A DNA stretch of 63,208 bases, filler included, from Welwitschia mirabilis (lineage: Eukaryota): the NCBI GenBank assembly GCA_051453625.1. It is 5 parts of one record of this genome, joined end to end, with 100 filler letters (N's around TTAATTAATTAA, not from the genome) between each part and the next. Parts side by side here need not be neighbours in the genome. Positions count along the whole stretch, not along the records: positions 1 to 31,498 come from JBOZIK010000001.1; 4 more parts are not named here. One strand, written 5' to 3'. The notes beneath the pieces were generated by a model. The model saw only the letters and a list, made by a program, of their open reading frames with translations, made no database searches and had not been told where the DNA came from. Positions 14,693 through 28,435 of the stretch are shown piece by piece (position 1 is the first letter of the stretch; every line of letters starts with the position of its first letter). Made by a program: the position numbers and the translations under genes.

Positions 14693-14996
14693 CATAAAAG
14701 ATTAAAAATTTTTAAAATAATTATCAAAACTATCAAAGAGTACTAAAAATTAAGATTAATGACTTAAACGATCATCTAAGTATCCAAAATCCAAAATTAT
14801 ACAAAATGTATATTTTTAGCATCAAAAAAATATAAGACATTATTAACTATAAAACTAAATATTAGTTTTCACAAAGCCTATACTTAAAGAAGGGTTTCAT
14901 ATCAAAAATTCAATACAAAACAAGTATCGTATAATTAAAGAATTAATATGTTTAGTGTTGGGGTAACTAAAAATTTACAAAATATGGGATATAACA
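14693..14996. repeat. LTR end fragment, same family as 12740-13029
   Basis: Shared blocks ataaaactaaatattagttt, taaagaagggtttcat, aaaaattcaata; ends GGGATATAACA. Confidence 0.7.
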
Positions 14997-15249
14997 GCAC
15001 GTCTTTTTAGTTTCAAAGTAATAGTTGGTTAGTTAAAAATAAAAAATTATGTTAAGGCTTATAATTAAAAAAAAACTGCCTGTTGTTGAAGCTAAAACTA
15101 AATTGAAGATTTATTATGTCCATAGACCCAAAAGGATCTATTTGATAGGAGAAACATTCATTTTATGGAATATAAGAATTAATTCACCAAGTGGCCACCA
15201 ACCATTGAATGTACTAAAAATACATCATACAAATTTTTTGTGGTAATAT

Positions 15250-18200
15250 TAAATTTTTGCCTTAGATGATCACCACATAATCTATAAGTGTGCTCTTCTC
15301 TAGGTAGGTTAATCCATTTTTTAGTCTCTCCTAAGGTGATGCAAACTCAAGTAAAGCTTGCTAATTAAGCTATGAATTCTAATTTGGATATTAGTAATGC
15401 GATAACAAACTTCAAAATCAAATTGATTACCTAATATGTTCAAAGTAAAATTTGTCCTTTCCTTTCATATTTGTCAATAATTTTGTTAGTATCTACTGTT
15501 TTACCAACTTGTCAATGTCCATAGAATTATTCTTCACCTCCTTCAAAGAGATATTCCAATTATTTAGCAATTGTAGCTCCTAAAAATACCATCTTATCCT
15601 TTTTTGTCGCTGTTTTAGAAAATTTGGCCCACTTTACTTCTACCAATGTCATGGTATAAACAATGACTTAACATATCGCTTGGGATTCTAAGGGTAATAA
15701 GTTGCATTCCAATAGCAACATTGAATAAGATGTTTATGCCTTCACCTTTAATTGATTAAGGGAACAAAATATTTTAAACCCTTTTAATAGCTTGTCATTT
15801 TTTCCATTGAGGCCTAGTTCTCATGCAAGACATCCATATAAAACAATGGTGTATACAATAGTCAAAAATATTTATTTTTGAACCTTCCAAGCACATATCC
15901 TTGATGAGATGCATTTGTTTTTAATAGCATAGAGAGCTTTAATTCCTTTTGTTATTTTTTCTTTGACAAATTTATGCCACTTATAGTTATTCACATAGTA
16001 AAGAATTTATTTTGGAACCTTCCAAGCCCATAAATCTAATGAGTTGTAATTGTTTGTAATAGCATAGAAAGTTGTAATTCCTTTTGTTATTCGTTCTTTG
16101 ACAAGCACTTATAGTTATCTATATAATTTCAATATATCTACTTTCATAGCATTAAATTTAAAAATATAATTTGTATTTATCGTGTCCCAATCATCATTTT
16201 TATTTTCTCTACATTAACTTGCAAACTAGAATACTAGTAAGAACTCTCCAAAATTTGTAGCATACTTTACATACCTTTCTTAGAATTAGATATCAAAGAT
16301 GCATAATCTACATAAAGAAGTAAATTTAATACATGAGATACTATATTTATAGCATGTCTATGGTGTCTTTTATATAATTATCAATAAAGAATCCAAATAG
16401 GATTGGGCATAGAGGACATCCTTTCTTCACTCCTATCGTGCTTCACAATTTTAAATTCTCCTCCAATTTAATGTATTTGAGGGATGACTTTGTCACACAA
16501 CTTTTGAGTAGGTTCGAGCAGATATGAAGGAATTCTTATTTTATTTAACAATAACTATAATTTTTTCCAAACTCAATCATATGCTTTGGAGAAGTCGATC
16601 AAACAAATGAATTTGCTTTTTTCACAGAATCTAGAAAAAACTCCTGATTATGATTTTGAAAAATCTTATAATTTTGAAAAATCTAAGTCCATGGGGCTTT
16701 AGGGTAACTAAGTGATCAATGATGAAGTGATGTCACTTAAAACCTGTTTGATAAATAACCTTATATATTTTTGCTTAGTGGCTTATTCTTTTTTCAAGAA
16801 CAATACCTACATGCTTAGCAAAGATATTGCTTACAACTATCATCTAAAAGTTATTTAGATTTTTCCCATCTCCTTTCTTACCTAGAATTATTGCCTTGCT
16901 GATTTTCCATTGTCAATCCAATCCAGTTTCAACATACACATTCAATTTTTAATACATTTCTTCATGGATATTCTCACTACCCATTTAAGCAACTCAGCAT
17001 ATAAACCATATGAATCTCTAACTTTTTTAGTTGCTAATCTATTAATGCTATCTATTACTTCAGCTAAAGTAAAGTGCAAGGAAGATTGAGATAGCTTAGA
17101 ACAGCCATCATCACCTTCCCCTAAAAAAAGATCATTGTAAATGGATAAATTTCAAGAAAACAAAAGCTAAGTGTAAGAGGAGCCTTGCATTGAAATGTGT
17201 TCCAAAAAATCCTAGGCTCTTTTTCAATTATGTATGCAAATTTTTCTTGTTAACTCTTTTACCAGCTATTTCTTTTTGATGTTGATTGAGCTTTTAATCT
17301 TTTAATCAAGTTTTGTCTTTGATTCATTTTAAATACTTTAATAATATCCCATCTAGCCTACAAACATTCAGCATTGAGCCAATACTTTTGAGCACTATGC
17401 TTTTGGTTCTAGTAACTGGTTAGTTACTTCAAAATAGCATTTACTCCAGACTCTTATTATGGCCTTTAGGATTCAACTGATTTTGCATGAACTTCCTATA
17501 TTCATCTTTTATCTTTAAATTTACCCTATGTTAATTAACTCCCTTTTTCTTCTTCTTTTTTGTACCTAAATACATCCTAATTTTTATTACAAATTCCAAA
17601 TGATGATGATATGATTTCACCAAATAATCTTTTACTATAAACTTGTTGATATACTTCATATTTTCAATAGAAAATAGAAGAAAATCAATATGCGAGTTAC
17701 TTGAGGTCTTATAGATGTCAACATTATAAACCCCAGAAACCTAGTTAATTGCATATGAGAAAATGTAGAGATTTTGCGCATTCTATAAAATGTTGTTGCA
17801 TCCTATTGATAGTACTATCTTTAGAGCGTTGAGCCCAAGCTTGACTACTCCACCATTTCCATGTTGTCATTGGATAATTTCTATTTGTTGTAACCTAATT
17901 CTAGCATTAAATCTCCATAGATAAAGACTACACCTTTTGTTTTAAATTCTGGTTCTAAATATTGGAAAGGATACTCTTTAAATAGCCTTGCATTATTGTG
18001 AAGTGTAGCTTCTGTAAGTGAAAGTAACAAATGGCAAAATAAGCACATCTACATTGGTGGTGGATTTTTAGCTAAACAAACTGCTTATGGTCATCTATTT
18101 ATTTGAGCTTTATAAACACCTGTAGACAATTTTTAATTAAACAATCTTTTCTTAGGGTCTTCCTCTTCTACCTTCTTCACCTTCTTTTAAGGTTTTTTGT

Positions 18201-18390
18201 GGAGTAAGTTTATAAACCCTTGGACAATAAGATCTTTAGAGCCTTCATCTTCCCAAGTTTCTTTTATAGACTAAGGACATCAAAACAAGCAAAGAATTCA
18301 ATACTATTAAACGAAACAAAACAATCAAACAAACCGATTTTAACAAAACAATTTTGTATGGAAATGCACCATTAATTTCTAAAAAACCTT
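15250..18390 (-). mobile_element. Degenerate non-LTR retrotransposon ORF2 (APE endonuclease + RT), RTE/RTEX-like
   Basis: Minus strand: KETWED (~18260), IYGDLNARI (~17910), GVKKGCPLCPILFGFFID (~16430-16380), LLYVD, LQVNVEK*KMM, KGIKALYAIKNKC and LLECNLLPLESQA. The C-terminal motifs are not L1-like. Confidence 0.7.
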
Positions 18391-18399
18391 AGCTCAAAC

Positions 18400-19900
18400 A
18401 GTTTATGCATTCTTTGAGTTGATTTCTTGAGCTTCAACACAAAGGAAAAAGAAAAAACTCTACTTCATTTTAGCTTACAACTCATTTTCACAGCATGTGA
18501 GTGAGGCATGACATTATGAGGTCCTAAACTGTGAAAATATCCTGTGCATCCTGAATGAAAGCTACCTTCTCCCAAGGACATTGAATGCACATATAAAGAA
18601 AACTGCTCTGCAAAGGTCTCAGTAATTTGCTAAAATGATTCCCTCTAAACTGTTGGCAATCATATGAGTCTGCTTAGTGGAGGAAACCCTCATAGAACTC
18701 TGAGGATCTGTTTGATTCTCATCAAGTGTCTCATCAATGTTTTCATAAGAAAGATGAGTAATTAGACTATAAAACAACTCCCAGAGTGTTGCTGCTGCTT
18801 CCGCAGAACATAAAGCATGAGCGTTCAGAGAGGTTACTCATCCCACTTCGTTTGCAGATTGATTCTGAGCAAACCAGTGGAACAGTGAAGCATTCACGAA
18901 GGCAACCATCATAATATCTCTGGTGATCTCTGGAATGATTGTAAACAGGCCAGAGTCTGGGTCCGTCAATCCAAAGAAAACCAAAGCCTTAAATGCAGAA
19001 GGAAAAAACTCCAGTAAGCGTGATAATAGAAGCAAGAACCTATTTCATCATGCAAAGAGATGCTTTAAGTGGCTGAGGAAAACTCTTTCTGCAAGCGTTT
19101 TCCATCTTGACTGAGTCCGGAAAGAGGCCTCTGCGTTTTCATTTGAATTGGAAGTTTAGCAACTTGACTTCTTCCAACCCTTTTTTCTTTTCCTGTGCGC
19201 TTCTGGTACGCGCAGATATACAACCCATTACTTGTTCTCACATCTGCAGATTGGAAATGACAGTCATTTTACGAGTCACCTGTATTGAACATTTTGTCTG
19301 CAATACGATGGGCTTGCTTCGTCTATTTTTATCTCCATTTCCTTCTGAAAACCAATCAACTCATTAACTTGAGCAGCCTGGACATTCTTGTCAGTTGAAA
19401 CAGCCAATCGCTCTGCTTTTCGCCGTCCAAGGCACAAGAAAACCCGCAGCTTTCAAGTCTGCAATGGCAAGGGTTTCAGAACATTAGCGCATACATTTAT
19501 GTTTCGCTGAGAAGTCTATTGAAGAAACGGCATTGTAAACAGAGCCTAAAGAGAAGAAATAGGTATTGCCATGGAATGATAGCAAAAACAAGAACTACAA
19601 TTTAGTGAGTATTTAACTGTAAAGCATTTCTAAAGAGATCTGTGAAACTCCTTTGGCAGCTTTGTATTGAAGCTTGATTGACGAAATAATAACAATTTGA
19701 TCTCCTCTAGTAAATATGACAACGACGTTTCCAGAGAAAGAAAAAGTTTTGTATAAGCAAAATGTGTCATCTCTCTTTCAGCTAATGTCTAAGAATATCT
19801 TGCAAAAGAATAAAAACGGCTTAAGAGAAAGACAATCCAAACATGCTAAAGAGCTAAGAGCACACTTGCTTAGCTACTTGACAATCCCAAAAAAACGTGT
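18400..19900. other. CpG-retaining unique-looking segment of unknown identity (LINE ORF1/5' region, or exon of a non-coding or decayed gene)
   Basis: Higher GC and many CpGs relative to the flanks; one minus frame runs ~190 codons with 4 stops; no recognisable domain. Confidence 0.3.
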
Positions 19901-19949
19901 TGAGCAGATTTTCTAATGTTTCAGAATGGACATTGTATGGAGGCAGCCC

Positions 19950-22900
19950 CATTATGTTGAATCCGCTTGCCAATTGGTAAACCTTGATGTAAAAGGGACC
20001 AAAAGAAAAATTGGAGCTTTGGTTGAGCTTTAAATTTCCATAATTTCTAAAACAAGGCTTTCCATTTGTCTTCTGACCAATCTATATTCCATTTCTTATT
20101 CATATGAGTTTGGAGATCATATCGTTTATCCAACCAAAACTAAGCCCTTAAAAGAGTAAGGTGACACATTTGTTGACCATTTGGCCAAAGCCAATCATTC
20201 ATCCAAGAATTATTGTTGTTGATCCAATTGTAATTGTTTAAAAGGGGTTCCACGTGACGAAGAAAGGGGAGATCTCTCATTTGGAATTGTCATTTGGCCT
20301 TAAAAAGTTTGTTAGCTAAAGGAGGGAGATCCTTGATTGTTGACTACAAGCTAACCTGTGTGTAAAAGGCCTTTGTGCGTGAGCATTTTAGCTCTAATCT
20401 TGAAATTTTGAGCTAAGGGTAAAGAGTTGAGCTCAAAAGGTGGGAACCACCAAAAAGATGGAAGGTTTAGATTTGCTTGAGGGAGTCTTTGAAGTTCCAA
20501 GTGAGAAAGATTTTAACTTTATCCCAACATCTCCAAATTTGTTGGAATAGATAGGAACTTTGAATCTTAACATTCTCCTTGGTTATAATCCAAGTACTTT
20601 AGTGAGAATTATTTCAGTGAGGCATAGCAGAAATTTTCCCTTCAAAAAAGTAATGTTTGAAAAGTATTTTCATGCTTTATTTCCTTAAAGCGACCGAATA
20701 ATCCAGTTAGAAGCTAGAAGATGTCCTTGCTTAGTGCTGGATGGGATGTTGAGGCCTCCATCAATTTTTCCTGACAAACAAATTTCCTAATCCACCCATT
20801 GAAAATCTTTGTGATTATCTTTATCTCTCCAAAGGTAACAATGGAGAAGATTATTAATAGAATCTGAAACCTTGTTTGAAGGAGCCATTAAAGAACCGTA
20901 ATAGACTGGAATTACACTAAGAATATGTTTTGTAACCACTCTAGAAGCCTATTTAAGAACTTTAGTTTGAATCTTGTCAACCACATTCTGCTAAAGAGAA
21001 TTAGGAGTGTCTTGAAGAGAAAATTTATCTATGGGAGTAAGCCATCCAAAAGGGAAATTATTATACCAAATACGTTGAGGCAAAAGGCTATTTTTGATAG
21101 CTTGAGTTTTGTCCATATTAATTTTGGAATCAGATGCCTTGTGATAAATAGAGACAACATCTAAGGCAACTTGTAGATTTTGTTCATTCTCATCCAGAAG
21201 TAAAAAGGTATCATTAGCAAATTGACTGTGCAAGACTTCTGAACCATCTGGAAGTAAGATTTCTTTAAGAATAGAATTATATTTGTTACCATTGAGCATG
21301 GCTCTTAATGAATCTGCTACAATAGTTTAAAAAAAAAAAAATGCCCCAAAGGACATCCTTGTCTAACAAATCTACCCAACATAATGCGAGGGGAGAATTA
21401 ACCATTGATCAAATAAAAAAGCCTGCATCTAAAAGAAACATTTTGATATGATCTTCAAAAACACTCCCAAGATTGTAATGCTTGATGAGGAATAAGAGAT
21501 AGGTTCAATCCAGTCTATCATAGGCTTTTGAAAAATCTAATTTTAACAAGAAAGCTTATTGGGAAAAGTAGAAGCCTAATTCATACTTTCTGCATCAACG
21601 TTTTCTACCTAAGGATAATGTAAGAACCATGAACATTCCAAATAAGTTGTTGCTTCATCCAATTTGCAATTTCCTTAATTTTAAATGCAAATAGAAAATA
21701 AACCTCTAACCATGTTCGAAACAAGAGTGACTTGAATGTTTTTTAGAGCCCACTATTTTTTAATCTCGTCTTAAAAGCCTCTCAGTGAAGGAATTTTGCT
21801 AGTAAAAAAGCCAATAGCATATAATTGTTTAAAGGTGTTTACTATTNNNNNNNNNNNNNNNNNNNNNNNNNNNNNNNNNNNNNNNNNNNNNNNNNNNNNN
21901 NNNNNNNNNNNNNNNNNNNNNNNNNNNNNNNNNNNNNNNNNNNNNNNNNNNNNNNNNNNNNNNNNNNNNNNNNNNNNNNNNNNNNNNNNNNNNNNNNNNN
22001 NNNNNNNNNNNNNNNNNNNNNNNNNNNNNNNNNNNNNNNNNNNNNNNNNNNNNNNNNNNNNNNNNNNNNNNNNNNNNNNNNNNNNNNNNNNNNNNNNNNN
22101 NNNNNNNNNNNNNNNNNNNNNNNNNNNNNNNNNNNNNNNNNNNNNNNNNNNNNNNNNNNNNNNNNNNNNNNNNNNNNNNNNNNNNNNNNNNNNNNNNNNN
22201 NNNNNNNNNNNNNNNNNNNNNNNNNNNNNNNNNNNNNNNNNNNNNNNNNNNNNNNNNNNNNNNNNNNNNNNNNNNNNNNNNNNNNNNNNNNNNNNNNNNN
22301 NNNNNNNNNNNNNNNNNNNNNNNNNNNNNNNNNNNNNNNNNNNNNNNNNNNNNNNNNNNNNNNNNNNNNNNNNNNNNNNNNNNNNNNNNNNNNNNNNNNN
22401 NNNNNNNNNNNNNNNNNNNNNNNNNNNNNNNNNNNNNNNNNNNNNNNNNNNNNNNGCCAATAGCATATAATTGTTTAAAGGTGTTTACTATTCTATCATA
22501 AATATCCTCAGGAAAATCAAATTCAATAATAAAAGGCTAAGACCCATTGGAAGTATTGGGATCTTTGAGATTACCTGAAGGATTGATTGGTTCTTGTTGC
22601 ATGTTGATGTTTGAAGAAGACATGTTGTCTAGCTTATGTCGTTTGAAAGGGTTTGTTCCATCCAAAGGTTACATGTGCTTCAGACTGGTCCAGCCATTTG
22701 TATGTGCATTAATGGTTTCAGTCGGAAAAATGCATTTCCGTTTCTTTGTTGCATGCAATGCTGGATTTTTTTTAATCTTTTGCCATGCCACCTTTTTCCA
22801 ATCACTTCTATTTTTTCTCTTTGTTGTGATCGAGTTTGATCTCTTGACCTGAAAATTTTGGATCTGTTGAATACGGCGAAAATCTATTCAATCCTTCTTA
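19950..22900 (-). mobile_element. L1 LINE ORF2 (RT region and C-terminus), degenerate
   Basis: GRFVRQGCPLG (~21375-21345), HSQFANDTFLLL, SKINMDKTQ and LDFSKAYDRL-like motifs. Interrupted by N gap 21847-22455. Confidence 0.8.
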
Positions 22901-23320
22901 AGAACTGCTAAAAAAGAAGCAGTTCAGTAGTTCAAGCAAATACGTAATGCGATTCCTCGCTGCCAAAAGGACACCCTCCAAAGAGCGTGCAGCGTCAGAT
23001 TAAGATTTTTGACCAAGTTTCTCTACATGAACCACACTTGTGATCCAAGCTCACACAGAGCTTTCTTCCACGCTTCCATCTTGCACCTCCGCTGTGAGTC
23101 CTCCTTGCTCGGGCCTCTGCAAACAAAACTTACCCATGAGTACAAAGCTTGAGTGCCAGTCGTGCTCCTTACCCGTGCCTCACACTCCCTCCGCTCCACG
23201 TCACGCACGCTTCCTCTTCTCCACCTTACGCACGCTCCACCTTACACGCGCTCCCGCTGCTCTCGATTTTTGAAGTGGAGAATATTAATTGCCAAAAGAT
23301 GCCAACGCGATCGCTATCAT
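22900..23320. promoter_or_regulatory. CpG-rich island with short CCACCTTAC/CACGC reiterations; candidate promoter or first exon
   Basis: Abruptly GC/CpG-rich in a CpG-depleted region; minus-strand GTAAG donor-like sites at 23172 and 23133. Function is inferred only. Confidence 0.3.
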
Positions 23321-24289
23321 TGTTATTTCCCCATCATTAAAAACACACAATTAACTCTTCCCATTTTTTAATTTTTATTGGCTTCATCAATGGTATGGTT
23401 ATTTAATTGGTGTGTAATTTAATGGTGGGATGCTCTTCCTTCGTCCGGGTTGACATCCTCTAAATTTCTAATTCAAATAAAAGATCAAACTCTTACTATA
23501 TATTAATTGAGACACTATGGTTATCTTTATCAAAATGTAATTCCATATCCTATTAAAGATGACAAAGAGTTATTCCACCAGCTTTGTCCATTAGGTAAAC
23601 CCAACAACCTCTCAAACATAATAGGTGATATAAAATTGTTACAAATTTCTTAAGTATCAGATTTAAGGAATAAGATCATGTTTTTAAGATAATGGTTATA
23701 ATAATATGTCATTATGAAAACATACATTTTAAAACAAAGAATATAGAATTTCTTTCCCATCTCAAACATGATAAGTAAACTCCCTTTAAATTTAATTTTC
23801 TCTATTGATTGATCAGATTTTTCTTTTGTGGATACCTTTGTTTATTTCCCATCTTCAAATTTAACTCAATCTTGCAAAAAGTCTTCAATTTTTTTGAAAA
23901 TAAATGTAAAAAGCATAATGAATACAATATTGCAAAATATCTTCAACATCTTAAGAAACAATTGGTGATGGAAAGGAATTGCAAACATTAACAGTAGAGA
24001 AATGGAAGAATTCAAGATATAGCTTATAAAAGAGGTAACAAATTGTAAACTAAAGTTACATTTTAATTTCTTCCATATTTACCCCTTCAAATTTCAATTT
24101 CTTTTCCATTTTTTACCTCAGAATTTTTAAGTATTTTCCAAATCCAATAATATACAATTGAACTAGCTTTACCAAATTTGAGAGGGATGAATATAGATAT
24201 TTTTAAAATACTAATAAGCTTATAGTTTAGTAAAAACAAAAATAAAATCAAATGTTATAAAGAGTAATGAATTGTCTTAATCCATCAAT

Positions 24290-26700
24290 TCTTTTTTCTT
24301 TCTTTATTTCTTTTTTTCTTTTTTTTTTTTTTTAGTTTTTTATTTTAGGGGGTGGAGGGGGTGGGGGAAAAGAGGTAAATGGCAAAAGGGAACCAACCTC
24401 CAAACTTTATCGCTAGTCTCCCACCAATACCACTTATTGACCACTACCCTTCTTAAGAGCACATAAACCATTATTCCTCAAGTAAGATGGTCCATCTTGA
24501 GGATTTAACATAAGCATCCATAATGAAAACTAAGATTTAACCAAAGAAGCTAGCTTCATGGGCTTAAAATGGTTTCTTTTGTCCTAATTTCTTAAATTGA
24601 TTCTTGTATGCATTAATCAGTAAAGGAACGAATTGGATAAAGGGTTAAAAGGGGAAGCACTATGCTAGATAGTGGAAGCCTTTTTAATGTTATGTTCGCA
24701 ATCACATTGAACATTTTATCCCTATGATCTCCATGTTTCTAGGGGTTGGATTACAATTCATATCCTTGTGTTCAAGGCGCACTCGATTGCAGGCATCAAC
24801 ATCTTGATTATGAATTATATGCAAGGCCTAGACGTTTGGTAGCTAGTCCTCACGTTGACAAGGACCATCCATGGGTTTTTACCTAGCTAAGTAAACCACT
24901 GAGCTTGGCCAGTGTGGTATGGTTTACAGATCTACAAGGTGAAGACTAAAAGCCAAACTACGTTGGCCCAAAATGGAGGACAAAGCATTACAGAAATTCT
25001 TTAGGATTGTTAAAGGTAAATCCACTAGTACCTTCATTAAGAGCACTAATAGAAATGGCTAAAGAATAGTGGACCACAAACAAATAATCTACACTTTCAA
25101 GGAGCACACAAACAAATTTTCTGTTAAAACAATATTGATGTCACCTTACTGTAACAAATCAATTAGTTCTTCATCCCCTTGAATCATCTTATTATAGATG
25201 ATGATGAAGTCTTATCAATTCAAAGGCTCTAAGATTGCTTTGTTACAAATGCAAAATGGAAAACTCCAAAGATTGATGGTTTTGGACTCAAGTTTTTCAA
25301 AACTTTCTAGAACAATACTAGGTCAATTTTTCAGAATTTTTATTATAAGATATCCTAAAGGAATCTATGAGCAACTCTCCAAGCAATGATTAATTAAGGT
25401 TTTAGATTTTAACTAAATCAAGTAATATGAAAAACATCAACAATTAGAGACATGCCACTTTATTAGCTATTCCTTATTACTAAAGCTTTTGCTAACTAGC
25501 TAAATAGAGTGTTATCTAAGATTATTCCTAATGAAATCACTAGATTCACCGCAAGTAGATACATTGTTGACAAGCTCCTCAATACCATAAAAGTAGTCAA
25601 GTAGGTAGAAAACATTGGAACTAAAATGTTCTTTGCATATCACACTTGACCAAAGCATACAATGGGCATATTAGTTAGGCATGTATGAAATGAGTAATAA
25701 TTTCATCAATTATATCCATACAGCTAATGCAATAATGCTTAGCAATGAAATGGCCCTAGAAGATTTTAGCTTACAACTAAGTTGCAAAAGGAGATCCAAG
25801 GCTACTATAATGAGGCACAAACTTGTTGGACAACCTTGCAAATTCCCATTCATGAGATTGCTATTCCAAACAGCAGCCCAAATATACCTCCTTTTGAAAC
25901 GTGTGGAACAACAAATGCTTAATATCATTTTCCTTCATTTTTTTTGCCTTGTAAATGAGCATCTAACATAATAATGTCTTTTCTTGAAAGTTCCCTTTAA
26001 GGTTTCACATTGCAAGATTTCCATAAACGAAATTGGAAAAAAAAAATGTTACCCTATGTCATCAATATGGATGCCTCTACCCATAAACTAAATTAGAAAA
26101 AAAATGTTACCCATTGATATTGCGAAGCAAGTTAAACTTTAGGGAGCTATAGACTTGCACCCAATCTAAAATTGCTTATTTGTTGTAGCACAATGCACAT
26201 TGGGCCAATGCCCCTTTGTTACAAGTTGTTAGCTCACCCATAGGATGAGCACCTTCATCTCCAACAGTGTGACTATCATCCTCTAAAACCTATTAGAAGC
26301 AAAGACCAAGAAACTGGTAACGATTTCAACAGAAATAACAAGCAACCTCATCCAATCACATCTTCCCTAATCCACACGACAAAAATTCAATAATAATTGA
26401 AATCATTGTCCAAATTGCAACTTAACTGGCCACTTAGAAGTTGGAAAAGTGATTTCCCCACTCTAATGCACCCTCACATGGCATCATCTTTCGTTTAAAA
26501 ATGCCTATGCATTGACCTTATTACACAAGGTTAGCCTAAGCCTCTTTATTGGCTTTTGTTCCTAATATTTATAATTATTAACATTTAACTAGCATTCACT
26601 TATATTCATGAAACTATTTAAATTTAGCCATTGTTGGTGGCTCCTAAAAGGATTTTCATTTGCCTTAGTTATTTGATTTTCACTTAGCTATACTCAAATT
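24290..26700 (-). mobile_element. Highly degenerate L1 LINE with probable poly(A) tail (T-run 24290-24345)
   Basis: QGCPTSLCLIIVALDLL (ORF 25710-25928) corresponds to the L1 RT RQGCPLSP motif; T-rich tract at the left end. Confidence 0.55.
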
Positions 26701-26754
26701 TTCATTTGATTTTTACTCGACTATACTCGATGAACATGCTTATTAAAAGGGTGG

Positions 26755-26787
26755 TTCTTCTTCTTCTTCTTGTTCTTCTTCTTCTTC
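26755..26787. repeat. (CTT)n microsatellite
   Basis: Directly visible, one interruption. Confidence 0.9.
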
Positions 26788-28435
26788 GGGGTCTTTGGAT
26801 TACTATCACCTCCTTAAATGTTTTACCTTTATAGAATGCCTACAATATTTTCCATCAATAACACCAAAGTCATATCCTAAAAGCCCATCAAAAAATGCAG
26901 TTAATAGTTTAAATCTCATTGTATATACATTTCAACTATCCAACTAATAGATCTTATTAAGATCTGTACACATTATAAAATTTCAGTTTTAGTTTCAAAG
27001 GGGATTGAAAACAAGGCATATAAACGACAATGAAAATGCATGGAATGGAATTAAGTCAATCTGTACTTCCTTAGAAATTACAATGAAATTTTTAACATGA
27101 ATTGTTTTAAGAATTATTATTTAGCACAAATATGATGTAAAAACTCCACCATAAAGGAGTTCTGGGAAAGGCTACAAACCATAGTAAGTCACATATTCAT
27201 CAATCTTCAGTTACTATAATAAATTATATGTAAGTAACAAACCACATATTGGATTACTTATTTGAATAACAGGTCTTTGAATACTATCAAAGACAACCTA
27301 TAAAGAAGTGAAAAACAAACAAAAATACATAATGTACCTTAAACTATATATTCCATTATGTTTATTATAACATAACGTTATTTATTTATTATATAGTAGT
27401 TAAAAGTGCAGTATTGTGTATTAGTTAAAGTGCATTACTATGGATTGACAATAATCATAACTTTGTATAACCAATGCCACCTGACATGTCAAAGTATATT
27501 TAAAAATTTGTACAATGAGACTTCAGTACTAACTTACTAGTGAAAAGAGTCATTGACCATGCATTTAAATTAAATAGTTGAAAGGATTTGTGAACTTACA
27601 TATTTTAAAGATAATAATAGGTTAACAAAGAAAAATTTATGACCGTGCTTTTTATTTAACAATCCTTGGTATGCGTCACAAGTTTTCTTATGGGCAGATG
27701 AGTATACTTGGACAGTACAAGATTGAATATTTTAAAATATTAAGGGTCAACAATCAGCGTTTTGAAGCTTCTCAGCAAAAAGCACCAATTCCTATTTTGT
27801 AAGATTCAAAAAGAATAGGATAGACTTCCATTGAATTGGGACCAGCCTGCTTATGACAACGTCCTGCTTTGTAGGTGTGAGTACCAGTGTTGGCCAATTT
27901 TGATAAATCACATTCACGTTTTCCAAGATGGACTCTGACATGATGACCACTCAAGGAAGCTTTGAAAAACTTAAAGCAGCTTTCTTTTAGTTGTCATCCC
28001 GGATGAAACATTAGTTTGTAGCAGAGTCTGCAATTTTTAAAAACATGAAACTCGGGGACGTTGTCAGTTAATGATCCTTCTTCTTACATGAAAGAATCAT
28101 TTTAATGGTCCATGGCTAACTATTCCCATGTATTCCAGATGTAGAACAGACTAGAAGGCAATTATGATAAACTAGTAACAGCCATGTAGATAATAAACAC
28201 AATATTACAGCTAAATGGCCTAATAGGGCACAAAGAAAAGGCCCAGAAGGCCTGCTCAAAGGCATAGACAGTGTCTTTGCGTGTATCAAGAGATTATATA
28301 CAACAATACTGCAGATTTGTAACATCAAACATAACTATAAAGAGGACCAAACTAGGGACTCACTGGACGTATCTCAGCCATCCAGAGAAAATACGTAACA
28401 TAAATAATTGAAAGACCACCTTGTTAGACAGAGAC

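Noticed and set aside
21771-22470. Long ORFs of 212-231 aa (and 278 aa at 37359-38195)
   Set aside because: Made almost entirely of N-gap codons.
23023-23371. Four overlapping short ORFs
   Set aside because: Expected from local GC richness; low-complexity peptides with no recognisable domain.
23483-23530. Helitron-like 5' end (tcttactatatattaattgag)
   Set aside because: No convincing 3' hairpin plus CTRR end, and no clean A/T insertion site found.
24348-24367. G-rich tract as a G-quadruplex element
   Set aside because: Only three G5 runs plus GG, next to a LINE tail; nothing indicates function.
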